Shown here one piece after another: positions 12,509-25,303 of a stretch of 64,000 nucleotides of DNA. The position numbers and the translations under genes were made by a program. Every line of letters starts with the position of its first letter. The stretch's first letter is position 1. The notes beneath the pieces are model-generated. The model did not search any database. It had not been told where the DNA came from and saw nothing but the letters and a program-made list of their open reading frames with translations. The stretch covers positions 53,313,614-53,377,613 of the forward strand of contig JASCQW010000081.1 of NCBI GenBank assembly GCA_030264375.1, read 5' to 3'. This stretch comes from Carcharhinus longimanus. Its lineage: Eukaryota.

Positions 12509-12869
12509 CTGAGGACAAAGACACAGAAACATAAATGCTTTGTGTTTTTTCTTTATAAAAATATATTTTTTCTAAACAAAATGTATTTAGGTATATAAAT
12601 AACATTCTACTGAATCTGTAATCAGTTATTTGTCGAATGCGTGACATTTCTAACCTTGAGAGTGCTTTTTACCTTGATTTGAGTCTTGGCACTTGCTGAG
12701 CATTTGAGCCTCGATGCAGATCTCCAAATTTTCACGCCCCAATGCTGCTACCTGTGAGAATGGAGAATTAGGTGCTCAGCCAAATCTTGATTCACGACAA
12801 CAGGACCAGAGCATCACAGCTGCAAGCGTTGTCAGAGAATCGAGTCAATTATTTCAAGTGCCAGATATG

Positions 12870-13310
12870 ACCTATGGAGATCCATCAAAAATGTCAAAAA
12901 GTACCGGGCCAAGCTAGAACCCCAGGCTAGCTACACGGATTCCCACTTACAATGGCAAGACATAATAGGTTGCAAGATGAAGGCATGTAGAACCGCTGGC
13001 ACCAATGCACCTTCCCTGATGAGTTCAGTGTATTGAATGCCCATTTTGAGCAAGAGGTCAGCAAGGGCATGCCCTCCACCCTGGAAGCCTTGGCCAAACA
13101 CATCTGAGGTCACCATCTCAGACCTCAGATCAGCTTTCTTGAAAGTCGACTCACGGAAAATGACTAGTCCGGATGGGATACCTGGGCTGGCATGCAGATC
13201 TTGCACAGACCAGCTGGTGGGGGTATTCGCAGACATCTTTAACCTCTCTTTAACTAATTAAAGGTCCCTGTCTGCTCTAAGAAGACAACCATCATCCCAG
13301 TACCAAAGAA
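12870..13310 (+). mobile_element. LINE RT N-terminal fragment, probably Rex/Babar-like
   Basis: RSAFLKVDSRKMTSPDGIPGLACRSCTDQLVGVFADIFNLSL...KKTTIIPVPK. Confidence 0.75.
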
Positions 13311-13570
13311 TACTGGATAGTGAAAAAATATAATTTGGTATTTTATGGAATTTAGCAGGTGGACTGCAGTCATGTTTTCTGATCCTTTACACTTCTATAT
13401 TGCTTTAATTGTTTCAAGATGTTGATTTAAAGTATTTTTTGTGGCAACTAAAGTCTTTCAGTAATATTTCATCATGCTTCAAAGAAATTAAGTTTGGAAT
13501 CTGCTCATGTGAATATTCAGTTTGCATGTGAGCTGATATTTGTTCATAACATTATTGTTCAATTTTTTAG

Positions 13571-13702
13571 ATTTGTAAGTTGGAGTCTGATATCCTGCCG
13601 CTTCAGGAGTCTAATACTGAGCTTAGTGAGAAAAGTGGCATGTTACAAGCAGAAAAGAAATTGCTTGATGAGGATCTCAAACGTTGGAAGGCCCGTGCTC
13701 AG
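13571..13702 (+). CDS. TPR: TPR exon: [44 protein letters not shown]
   Basis: ttttag|ATT ... CAG|gtataa; 132 nt. Confidence 0.96.
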
Positions 13703-13830
13703 GTATAATGCAGGCAGATTTCATTAGATTTCTATATGTAATTGCTTTTATAAACACTATATCTACAGTAGAAACTAGCTACCATTTGATTCTTAGTAAA
13801 CGCAATGACATGGTTGCTTTTGTATTTTAG

Positions 13831-13961
13831 CAATTGATCAGCCAGCAGAAAGAAACTGATCCTGATGAGTATAAGAAGCTATTATCGGAGAAAGATACAA
13901 ATACTAAACGTATTCAACAACTGACTGAAGAAACTGGGAAGCTGAAGACCGAACTTGCTCG
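13831..13961 (+). CDS. TPR: TPR exon: [43 protein letters not shown](R)
   Basis: ttttag|CAA ... CG|gtaaat; 131 nt, phase 0/2. Confidence 0.96.
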
Positions 13962-15349
13962 GTAAATATGGAATGTGTGTATGTGGTGTTGAAGCATAAA
14001 CTCACGGTAATACTTGATACCCCCAAAATGAAGAATATCGATGGCTTATTGGTTGCTTCAATTACTTTAGGGAGGTTCTGGAGACCATAAGAATAATTAT
14101 TCCGAAATGCAAGTGTCACGTGCAGCAAATCTAAAGAAAAATCTGTGTTCAGATCAGACCAAGTCTGTGGAGAAGCTGAATTCAGTGACCATGTTTCTTT
14201 TTTTGAATACTTCAGTTTTTTTGTGTCTTTGTGATGCAGCAAGTTTGCTAATTGCTCTGGTTTGATTTGCAGTTTATCATCCTATAGTACAAATGTTTTA
14301 ATAGTTGTATTCTGTAGGCAACAGAACAACTAAATGAAAGAGATTGAAATGTTTTGTACAGAAAATAATTTGTTCAGTTTGTGATGGTGCCTTATCTTAA
14401 CCTACTACAGGGATATTTTTAGATCCTCAGCCAAGGAACTTTAATCGTTTGTCAAGATCAAAATTATTTGTTCAGTTTTCTGAAATGTAACACTAATTTT
14501 AACACTACAATGAAGTTACTGTGAAAATCCCCTTGTCGCCACACTCCCGCATCTGTTCAGCTACACTTCAAGGGAATTTAGCATGGCCAATGCACCTAAT
14601 CACATCTTTCAGACTGCCATCTTTTACTGTAATATTACAATTGCTAATATAACAATATGGTCTTAAAAGATGTTTTGTACTGCTGCTGAAACCATGTAGT
14701 ATTCCTGCTTTGTTCCCCTCAGTTCATTTGGGCAAACTTCGCTGGCTTTTCTCTTGCATGTTAGCTCTCTGGATTTTCAGTAGCTGCCTCCTTTTCTCAA
14801 ACACAACATTCCATTTTCCGTATTATGAAATTAAGATATTCACTAATTGCCACACACCCTCCCATTACAGAAAAACCTGACACCACAATTTCAGCAGCCC
14901 TCAACTGATTTGGCTATCAAGGTGACAGCAATGTTCATATTTAATATGGGCACTTTCACAGTACTGATATACATGAATATGACTTCTATACAATAATATC
15001 AAGATCAAAATTCAGATTCAATAAAACAGACTGGCTTTTTTCAGCCACTTCCTAATAACAGCAAACAGCAAAAATATATTTTTCCAAAAGGAAGTTTATA
15101 AAAATTGCATTGCACCACGCAATGCATTATGTAACATTCATAATTTAGCATCCTCAAATCACCTTACAGCATACAACCATCAATTTTTCTGAAGTCCTTC
15201 CATGATACAATGCTCTTCATATAATCAAATTTTCCTTCATATGATCTTATGTTTTAAGTGAACATCTAAGAAAGAATGCAACATGATGGAGAAATTGACC
15301 ATCATGGCTGTAAATTGAGAATTATGTTACAGCTTTCTTTTTCTATATA

Positions 15350-15820
15350 CAAACATACAAATTAGAAGTTGGAGAAAGCCAGTCAGCCTCTGGAGCCTGC
15401 TGTGCAGTTTAAGATCATGGCTCATCTGAATGTAACCTCGACACTACATTCATATCTATCCCCAATAACAGTTCACCCCTTGTTAAACAAGAATCTATCT
15501 AACTCTGCCTTAAAAATATTCAAAGATTGCGCTTCCACTGCCTTTTGAGTTCCAGAGAAACTCTACATTAGAAATTTCTCCTTGTTTGCATCTTAAATGA
15601 GTGACCCCTTACTTTTAAACAATGACCTCTAGTTCTAGCTTCTCCAGGGGGAAACGTGCTTGCCAGATTCACCCTGTCAATACCCCACAGAATCCTTAAG
15701 GTTTCAATCGAAACTGAAGTGAATACAAACTTAACCTGTCCAATTTGCCTATTCCTGGTATTAGTAGAGTAAACCATCGCTGAACTGCCAATGTGCTTAC
15801 TACTTAAGTAAGGAGACATC
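15350..15820 (-). mobile_element. Old CR1 3' remnant
   Basis: IETLRILWGIDRVNLASTFPPGEARTRGHCLKVRGHSFKMQTRRNF. Confidence 0.8.
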
Positions 15821-16833
15821 TGATTTCATGAAGTTCAGCATCATCTCTTAAAATGCTGCCAAATTCAGACATTTAGATATGCAACATGGTAGCATCCGCC
15901 AGAGAAATAATGGTGACACCAGGGCACCATACAAAAGATGAAATGAGCCAAATTTTTAGCATATCACAAAAGAATAACTGATATTCTGCTTCTAAAGACG
16001 AATAAAAGGCGTTCACTTTCATTCCTAAACAATCTGGCTAAGTTATTATGTACTGGGATGTAATTACTGTTGCCATGGTTTTACTAGTTTGGCATCTTGT
16101 CAGTCCTTTATTACACGTCCATATCTTTTTTCGATGTTATTGACTAAACTCAGATCAGATTGTTTCCTGATTAGANNNNNNNNNNNNNNNNNNNNNNNNN
16201 NNNNNNNNNNNNNNNNNNNNNNNNNNNNNNNNNNNNNNNNNNNNNNNNNNNNNNNNNNNNNNNNNNNNNNNNNNNCAGATTGTTTCCTGATTAGATTGTG
16301 TCAACTGCTTTTGAATAAATGATCTTAATTGCGTTGAATGGGTTCCATTATTGGTGTCCATCTTTGAAAACCACAAGGTAATTTAGTCACAATATTTCTT
16401 TTTTGTGCTGTTATCTCATTACTATTGGTATATTCCATAAATGATAAAACAATTTTAATGTACTTTTGCTCCAATATTCGTATCAGGTCAATTGTAAACT
16501 TCAAGAAAATTTCTCCAGTAATAAAATACTTTCTCTCTATGGAAGCTGGACCAGATGCTTGTAAATTATGAGATTGCATAGTGCTAAATTGTATTTGGAA
16601 TTCTCCATTCCCTGTTGCACCTTGTTTATGCATCTGCAAAGGATGCCAAATTAAATAATTACTGCAGAAATATTTTTCCTCATTTAGCATTTGAGAAGAA
16701 TAATCTAGTGTATTAATCTTTAAATTCAAAATTTTCAACTGTTAGGGTTATGTTACAGCTAGATCGGGACAAGAAAATTTCAATGTTATTTTGCCAAAAA
16801 TTAAATGGCTCTTTAATACTGTCTTATTTACAG

Positions 16834-17044
16834 ACTAAATGCATCATCCTCTGTATCACAGCGGGATGTTCAGACTTTGAAGGCTGAACTCAGTAGAGTG
16901 ACTCTTGATCGGGATAAGATAAAACAAGAGATGTTGGCGAGGGTGTCAGATATTCAGGAAAAGAACAAAACTATCACCCAGGTCAAAAAGATTGGTCGTA
17001 GATACAAGACTCAGTATGAGGAGCTGAAGGCACAATATGATAAG
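16834..17044 (+). CDS. TPR: TPR exon: LNASSSVSQRDVQTLK...TITQVKKIGRRYKTQYEELKAQYDK
   Basis: ttacag|A CTA ... AAG|gtaagc; 211 nt, phase 2/0. Confidence 0.96.
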
Positions 17045-17049
17045 GTAAG

Positions 17050-17700
17050 CAAAATACTGCAGATGCTGGAGTTTGAAACGAGCAGAGGTTGCAGGAAAAC
17101 TAATGTTTTTCTCCAAATAGATGCTGGCAGAGTTAACATTTTGAGTCGTTACCACTCTTAGTCAGAACGATGGGAGAGAGAATGTGTTGAAACTGTAGAA
17201 ACTGACAGACAAAGTAGCAACTTTAAGAACAAAAAACAGATGACCTGGTATCGGGGGGGGAGCAGGGAAGACGGTTTGCATTGAGGCACTACGTGTATAG
17301 TACGTTTAAAAGAAAAGAGGGGGTTTAAGATGGGGAGAGATTAAAATCTGAAGTTGCCAAACTCTACATTGAGTCTCGACTGGACATGAGATGCTGCATT
17401 GAGCTTCACTGGAGCATTGCAGCAGAGCAAGAATGGGCATGAGAGCCGCATTAAAATGGCATGCAACAGGAAGGTTGGAGGCCATGCTTTTGGACTGAGT
17501 GAAAATGTTCTGCAAAACGGTCACCCAGCCTGCGTTTAGTTTCCCATTGCAGAGGAGACCACATTGAGAGTAATGAATATAAACCAAATTGAAGGAAGTG
17601 CAAGTGAATTGCTGCTTAACTTGAAAGGAGTAACTGGGGCCTTCCCTAGTGAGAAGGGAAGAGGTAAAGGGGCAGGTATTGCAACTCTGCAATTAAGGTA
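17050..17700 (-). mobile_element. Penelope-like element 3' fragment (GIY-YIG region plus terminal repeat)
   Basis: CNTCPF...FQVKQQFTCTSFNLVYIHYSQCGLL; homologous to 9400-9800; decayed hammerhead at 17132-17168. Confidence 0.8.
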
Positions 17701-18334
17701 ATGTGTGCCTAAAGGTCAAAGCATAGTGCTGCAGCTGCCCTTAATAGAACTGGAAAAAAGTGCTGTAAATACCCTAACAGAAGAGGCAGTATCTTTGGAG
17801 AGAGAAACAGTTACACTTCAGGCTGAGAACCTGAATGAACTTGATGGAAAATCATTGGCATGCGGCATTAACTCTTTCTTCACTGATGCTGTCTGACCTG
17901 TTAAACATCTATTCATTTTTTTTATTCTTGTCTCTGTCTATATATTCATTCATGTTTTTCCAGGTTGGAGATTTCCACTGTATTCTGTTCTTCAACCTGA
18001 TTACTGGGCATGAACAAACAGCTTCACCTCCAGGCTTAACTCGGTGCTATCTTTTAGATATCTGTTGAGCAGAACTTTGTTTTGACTGGTCTAGTTGGCA
18101 TCCTTTTCCCTATTAACTGAATGAAGCATTTTGTGTGAATCGGGCCTTCCGTGCTCATGCAACCTCAACTTTTCATGCCAGTTCATGTACTCATTTAATT
18201 CTACGTTGTTTTCACCGCTTAACCCTGCACTGACCCTAATTGCTACTGTTTGGCCATTCTGAAGCATTCTATAAGTGGCGCATGACCAACATTTTATTTT
18301 CTTTATTTTTGTTGAAACCTTTTTATTTTCTCAG

Positions 18335-18481
18335 ATGGTTGCTGAGACATCCTCTCAACATACAGCAGAGCAGCAAGCAGAGCAGTCTTCTGCTCAAGTC
18401 ACTCAGGAATTGCAAGATACACTGGCTCAATCTGAATCTAGAGCTAAGGCACTAGAGTCTCAGGCTGAAGCCCTGCAGAAG
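18335..18481 (+). CDS. TPR: TPR exon: MVAETSSQHTAEQQAEQ...KALESQAEALQK
   Basis: tctcag|ATG ... AAG|gtgagg; 147 nt. Confidence 0.92.
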
Positions 18482-20696
18482 GTGAGGTGTCAAGAAATGA
18501 AATGATTCAACAAGGGGACAATTGTTAATTTTTTTTCTACTTTCCAGTCTTTTCCCACCACAGCCCCTCCATCCCCACCCTTTTCCTGCCTCACCACCAC
18601 CCCCCACCCCTTTTCTTGCTCACTACACCCCACCCCCCTTTCCTNNNNNNNNNNNNNNNNNNNNNNNNNNNNNNNNNNNNNNNNNNNNNNNNNNNNNTAA
18701 TTTTAAATTTGCTGTAGTGCCAAATAAGATAAGCCTGTTGTGATTTTGTTTTATTTGTGTGAACTCAGCATCATCCCTGTATGTGATCCTGAGTCTTCCT
18801 AGAAATGGAACCTAAATTCTGAGAGCTAGTAATCAAAGACCAGATATGATCCGTTCTATAAAAAAAGAAAGTGTTGGAATGTCTGAACTACATGCTCCTG
18901 CTGCTACCTTTTTTGAGCCCAAAATGAATTTGAAAATGGCATGTGAAGAATAAATGACAATGCAATGCCTACCCTGATAACCTTATTGTTGGATTGTAAA
19001 TGTGAAAAGATTGAAATGTCTGAAAAGAACAACTTGGAAACAGCACTCTCTAATCGCTGATTATTTTTATTGTATCAACAAACATGTTTGATTAGACTGG
19101 TTTGATATTTCGTGTATAGTCTGTACTCTTTTTAAAAGAACATGAACATTCAAATCTCCATTCATCAGTGATGGGGGAAACTCACCATGTGAGTGCAAAA
19201 GACGAGACTGAAATATTTGCGGTCATCTTGAACCAGAGCTGCGTCGTGGAACAATTCATTTCCATTTCCTTCTGAGAACCCCACAACTCGATGCAAGTCT
19301 TCAGCTAATTCTATTCACTCCTGTGTATTTTCAAACCATTGAAGGCATGGATCTTGCAACATCTACTTGTAGTGCTGTAGACTTATTCTCCAAAACTAGC
19401 CTGCCACTTGTTAAATTGTTCCAGTATATCTACAGTCATGGCATCGATGCAAAAAAGCGAAAAAAAACTTGCTCTTTTGTTCTTTCCACAAAAGTCAAAA
19501 CATAGTGACAGCAGTGTGCACCATCTACAAGAAACTGCAGTGACTCCTTCAACAGCACCTTCCAAACATGTGACCTGTGCCACCTGGAAGATCCATGAGA
19601 ATACTACTACCTGCAAGTCCCCTTTGCATCATTCTGACATAGTACTATATCACTGCTCCTTCACTTGTCACTGGGTCAAGTCCTAGACTTCCTTGGAGCA
19701 CTGAGTATACTTAAACAAATGGACTGTAGTGGTTCAAAAAAATGAGATGGGCACTAAATGCTGGTATATATTTTCTAAAAAAGTTGTTGCATTAAGTTGT
19801 TTTGTACATTTGAACTCGAGCTGGACAGGATAAATTCCAGGAGAATTTAAGTATGCTTGGGAATTAGAAAAACAGACGGCTAAAAAAATGAAGTAAGGGA
19901 CAGTTACAGAACTTGAAAGAAAACAAAGCGCATAGAGGCTTGAGATCTGAAGTCAATAATTGAAGCTGTTGCAACAATGTTCAGCGACAAAGTAAAAGAA
20001 AATCCAATGTTGGGGATACATTCAAAAACTAAAATGGAGGCAAAATAATTGATTGGGCTGGAGTTAGAATGTTTGTAGTTTGGGTTGCTGCAGTTTCAGT
20101 TGAAAGGATGTAGAAAAGGCCAAGCAGAATGATATCCAATTGCATGCACACGTTGCACACTTTCTGACGGGTAATGTGATGTTATGGCTGCAAATGGGGC
20201 TCTAAAGCAGTCCTCCACAATGCACCATAATGTGCAGTTTCACCTTATCCAGAGCAGCAGAGCCAGTGGACAGAACCTGCTGTTGAAGGTGGGTTAAATT
20301 CAAAGCTAATCTGTGAAAAGTATTCACTTTTCACTTTCTGACATTTTAATTGGGACAGCGGCTGCAGATGTTAATCTATTCAAATCAAATAGGATTTTAT
20401 TCTATAGGGATAATTTGAGACCTGACGTGATGTGCAGCATGCTTAGGAAGAACAGGTGATTTTGGACTTGTGGCTCCCAAAGCTTTTCACCAGAGTTTTT
20501 GTCTGTTTGGGACTGTTATAGACTATTGTTAAAGTTGATTCACATGGCTTATCAGTGAATACCTTTATGATATTACTTATTTTTTGTCCCACCATTTCAA
20601 CGTCCATATGTTCGTAACCAATGCAACCCAGTATTTGTACTGACAACCTGTAATTAAAACTACTTCTTTCAGTAATTATTCTTTTTTTTTAAATAG

Positions 20697-20895
20697 TCCG
20701 TCAGTGAGAAGGAATCTGAAGTGAAAAAATTACAAGATGACATTTCCCAGTTGCACAGTGAACTTGCCCGCTTGCGCCAGGAACTTCAGGAAAAAGCAAA
20801 CCTTGAGGAACAACTTCGACAGCAGATTCTGGAGAAGGAAGAGAAGACCAAGAAAGCAATATTAGTAGCCAAACAGAAGATAACACAAATAGCTG
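20697..20895 (+). CDS. TPR: TPR exon: [15 protein letters not shown]...[30 protein letters not shown](G)
   Basis: aaatag|TCC ... G|gtcagc; 199 nt, phase 0/1. Confidence 0.95.
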
Positions 20896-21746
20896 GTCAG
20901 CCATTTACTTATGTTTTTTATGTAAAGAATGAGAACCATAAGACATAGGAGCTGAATTAGGCCACATGGCCCATCGAGTCTGCTTTGCCATTCAATCATG
21001 GCTCATGTTTTTCTCATCTCCATTCTCCTGCCTTTTCCCCATATTAATCAAGAACTGAATCCCCTGTAGGCACAGGGTGTACCTTCCTGCTTTTTTCACT
21101 TGAGGTTGATGAAGCAAACTGGCCACCTTTATTCTGCCTTCCACAGCCACACATGATTACAGTGGAAGTGCAAACAGGCCCTTGTGGCCAGATAAGGACG
21201 TCAGTAGATTTAAGAGTGGATGGGCTCACTGCCTTAACTGCCCACTGTTCTATGAGGGATAGCTCGGGTGTGGGCAGGGAGATGGTGGACTACTTGCCTG
21301 TCTTATTTTACATGCTCCCCCTGTCTGCAAGTATGCTAGCTGGTGAACTGTGAACTCCCATAATAATGTGCAGCCAGGTGTCTGCAGGAACTACTGAAGC
21401 AACTCCAACTTTTGTTTGGAGAGGTCCAAGAGCGGGGAATAAGTTGTCAATAATTGGAATTGAGGTACACACTGGATTTGAGGGACTGAATGGTCTTTAT
21501 TAAATAAGTCAATTTGCAGTCCATTCACTTAATCAAGATTCAATATGTAATTAATCAAATTGTACTGTATTTTTTAAAACTTTTAAGAATTATTACAGAA
21601 ATCTTGACTCCATATGAAACAAACTACTCCAAGCAAAAGCTGAAATGATTTTTCCCCTTGTTCTATGAGGAAACTGACCAACTTTATTGAATTTACTGTC
21701 TTTAGTAGAATTTAAAATTCAGGTAGTTGGGTTTTTATTGCTTTAG

Positions 21747-21970
21747 GTTTGAAGGAGCAATTGGCACAAGAGAATGAAGAGTTGAAACAGCACAATGAAG
21801 AATTTCAGCAACGCATCACTAGTTTAGATCAGCAGAGAGAAGAGCTGGAGGTGCGCATGAGTGCACTGAAATCACAGTATGATGGCCACATTGCTCGACT
21901 CAAAAGGGAGTTGAAGGAGCATCAGGATCGACAGCATGAGCAGCGTGAAGAGCCACAAGAAATAACCAAG
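21747..21970 (+). CDS. TPR: TPR exon: [14 protein letters not shown]...[36 protein letters not shown]
   Basis: ctttag|GT ... AAG|gtgtgt; 224 nt, phase 1/0. Confidence 0.95.
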
Positions 21971-23284
21971 GTGTGTGGAAAGATTTTGGAATTAGAAAAT
22001 CTTGAAATTTTAAATTTTGAGTCATGCAAAATTAGAATGCAAGTTTGATGCTTGGTTATTGCATACAGCATTGTGGTTTGTGAGCCATTCTAAGACAATT
22101 GCCATTTAAGTATTTGAATATTGTTGCATTGAAACCCTAAATTCCATAGACCAAATCATACTTTGTTTATAACTGTATTTTGATTCCTGTAATTGTTTCT
22201 GCGGTATCATGTAGCTGAGATTTGTTTAGCCATGAACATTTTAGTTTCATGGTATTTGAGATTGTATTCCTAGCCTTCCCTTCTCAGATTTTAATGGAAA
22301 TTAATTCCTACATTTGATCATTTACCTGTGTTTGCTAGCAACAAAGATAGCATAGCATTATTCTTTGTTTTTAAAATGACCACTGACTCCTTTGGGAAAG
22401 AGTTTTTAAAAAAAATAAGATTGCGGATCTCAATTTGTCATTAGAGGTATTTGCGTGTGAGAAGTTGATTTTGGAAAATACATTAGGTTTGGATACATTT
22501 TAGCCTTTGACAAATCAGACCTCCATTTAATAACTGAGTGGCATCTCTGAGAATGGATTTGTCACTTGTGTGTTTAAACCCCACTGTACTCTAGAGCTTG
22601 ATCTCTCTGGTCAATGTACCCATATGGGCTTTCAAGATTTTTTAAAAATTTTGATGAAATAATTAAAGTCAAGTGAGGTGCCATCCTCAGGTGTACACAC
22701 TACCAGTCTGAGGCAAATTATTTGCAAAAGCAATGTTGCTGAATGTTTGTTTAACTAAATGTGACATAAAAATCTAAAGTGTTTAACATTGCAGATTATT
22801 TTCCTTTGTGCTGCATGTGAGTAATTTGTGACTGCTTCAGGAGACAGTTATTATGAATTGAGATGATTGTCTCTTGCAAATTGATCTGGGATTATTTTTA
22901 ATTGTTTAGTGAACATCTAGCTTCAGAGACCATAAAAATGTATAGCAGATAAATAAGGATTTGGCAGATACATTTGGGTAAAGTAGTATTATGGGAATTT
23001 GGAGGAATTGAAGAAGTGAGTTACTGCTTCCTAACAACAGTAATGTTTTTTGGATGCTAGGTAAAGATTTTGCTGCTGAAGGTTGCTTCAGCTGAAAACT
23101 TCTATTGCTACTTGCAATTTTATGGGACCATTATTATTTATCAATATTGAAATGTTTATTAAACAAAACATTTCAATCAATTGATGGATGTGACCCATCT
23201 GATTCAGTAACAAAATGTAATGAAATTGTTTTAAAAATAATTAAAATATAAAGCTTGAAGTTAATTATTCCTGTTTCCCACCAG

Positions 23285-23364
23285 ACCTCTGAGCCACAGA
23301 GGCAACTGGATCAACAGAGGCAGATTACTCTCAAACAAACTCAAACATCAGTGGACAGAGGAAG
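23285..23364 (+). CDS. TPR: TPR exon: TSEPQRQLDQQRQITLKQTQTSVDRG(S)
   Basis: caccag|ACC ... AG|gtaagc; 80 nt, phase 0/2; resembles human EQQRQITLK. Confidence 0.92.
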
Positions 23365-23699
23365 GTAAGCATTATTCACCACATCTGTATGCTTTTTAAC
23401 TTGCTTTTATATATTATTAATGCCATCCAGTTCTCATGTTCAAGAATGCAAATTAGCATATCAAAGAGGAAGAGTTTTAATTGCTGTTCAATGAAAATCT
23501 TGTTTCAAAAATACATTGCAGTGGAGACTGAAGCATCAAGCAATGTCAAAACATCCCAATGTGATTGCCTATTTATTATATAATTCACTTATAGTTTGTA
23601 GACTTGTACTTTCTATATGAATGAATCCTGTATAGTAGACTTTGATTTCTGGATATAAAACCAAAACTAAATACGTTTATTTTTAAATTCTCTGCATAG

Positions 23700-23908
23700 T
23701 TCGAGTACATCTGACCCTCCAACAGCCAATATAAAGCCAACCCCTCTTGTGGCAACACCCAGTAAGGGAGCTGCTGGACCAGTGCCTGGAAGTAAATCTA
23801 CGCCTAGAGCTAGTATCCGACCAATGGTTACTCCAGCGACAGTCACTGGACCGGCTATAACGCCAACAGCTACAGTAATGCCAACGACACAGGTAGAAAC
23901 CCAAGAAG
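23700..23908 (+). CDS. TPR: TPR exon: [22 protein letters not shown]...[16 protein letters not shown]...TQVETQE
   Basis: gcatag|T ... G|gtaaga; 209 nt, phase 2/1. Confidence 0.96.
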
Positions 23909-24041
23909 GTAAGAAACAGATTACATTTGGGATTTTCAATTTAACTTTCATTTTAATTTCAATTACTGTTTTGTTTAAGAAGCATTATGCCAGTGTATTT
24001 TTCCCCCAAAATAATTGTCTTTTACCTTTTCTATCCTACAG

Positions 24042-24311
24042 CCATGCAGTCAGAGGGACCAGTTGAACATGTAACTGTTTTTGGTAGCACAAGTGGGACA
24101 GTACGTTCAACAAGTCCAAATATCCCAAACTTGTCGCAGCCTATCTTAACAGTACAGCAGCAACAGACACAGGCCACTGCCTTTGTACAACCTACCCAGC
24201 AGACTCTTCAGGTAGAACCAGCAAATCAGGACCCTTCTGCAAACATGGTAGATGTCATGCAGAGTTCTCAAATAGAAAGACCTTCCACTTCTACAGCGGT
24301 GTTTGGAACAG
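24042..24311 (+). CDS. TPR: TPR exon: [19 protein letters not shown]...[12 protein letters not shown]
   Basis: ctacag|CC ATG ... G|gtttgt; 270 nt, phase 1/1. Confidence 0.96.
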
Positions 24312-25268
24312 GTTTGTTTTTCAAATGAATTTGAAAGCTTGATTTCAATCTTTTAATAACATTTGAGATTAAAGGCCAGGGGGTGGCCATTCATCTCGTT
24401 GAGCCTGTGCTGCCATTCATTTAGATCGTAGATGATCTGTGCTTTCATTCCCATTTTTCTCCATTGCTGCATATCTCTTGAACCATAAAACAGAACAGAA
24501 GTAGGCCATTCACCCTTCAAGTCTGCTTTGCCATACAATGAAATCGTGATTTATCTGATATGATCTTCTCCATGTAAATATCTCTTGAACCCCCAAGCTA
24601 AAAATATTTTATCAATCACTGTATTCAGAGTTTCAGTTCAGCATTTGCTGAATTTTATTAGGGGGAAAAAATTCATGCATTCCAAGTTCACCCTTAATGG
24701 ATTGGTTCCCTTCAAGCTTCCTTGTTCTTAATTTCCACCACTAGTTTCACTTCATTTCCCTTAACCGTCTTTAGATCTTGCTTCGATCTTAATCTGTACT
24801 GTACCACTTCCAGTAATTTTGAATATGCAGTATGATGCTCATGCTTGCTACTTCTGGTGGAGTCTGACTAAGGCTCTTTATATCTACACCATCCTTGAGA
24901 TGGTTGTCAATGTTCCTTCAGTCGTTTTGTACTTGCCTGGTTGCTTATAGTGAGTTGTGTATCTAATCATCCAAATATCTCTCTACCATACGATTTAAGT
25001 TTCTCACTCTAGAAAATACTCCCAATGCATTTCTTTTAGACCCAAAATGAATGACTTCACAGTTCGCCTTATTGAACTTCATTTGCCGCAGTTTTGTCCT
25101 CTAATATATGTCACTTTTTAACTTAACTATTCCCAATTACTGTGTTTCCTAATTAATGCTATCTGTAAACCTTAGTACACGATTTTCAACTTTTTCATTT
25201 AGATCATGAATAAGGTGGTGGAAAGTGGAGGCCCAAGAAAGCATCTCTTCTCACGTTGTGCCAATCAG

Positions 25269-25271
<3 letters not shown>

Positions 25272-25301
<30 letters not shown>
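25272..25301 (+). repeat. (AC)15 microsatellite
   Basis: Directly visible. Confidence 0.95.

Positions 25302-25303
<2 letters not shown>

Noticed and set aside
16156-16295. 20-bp direct repeat flanking a 100-N gap
   Set aside because: Identical sequence on both gap edges is most simply an unmerged contig overlap; cannot be told apart from a TSD of an unassembled insertion
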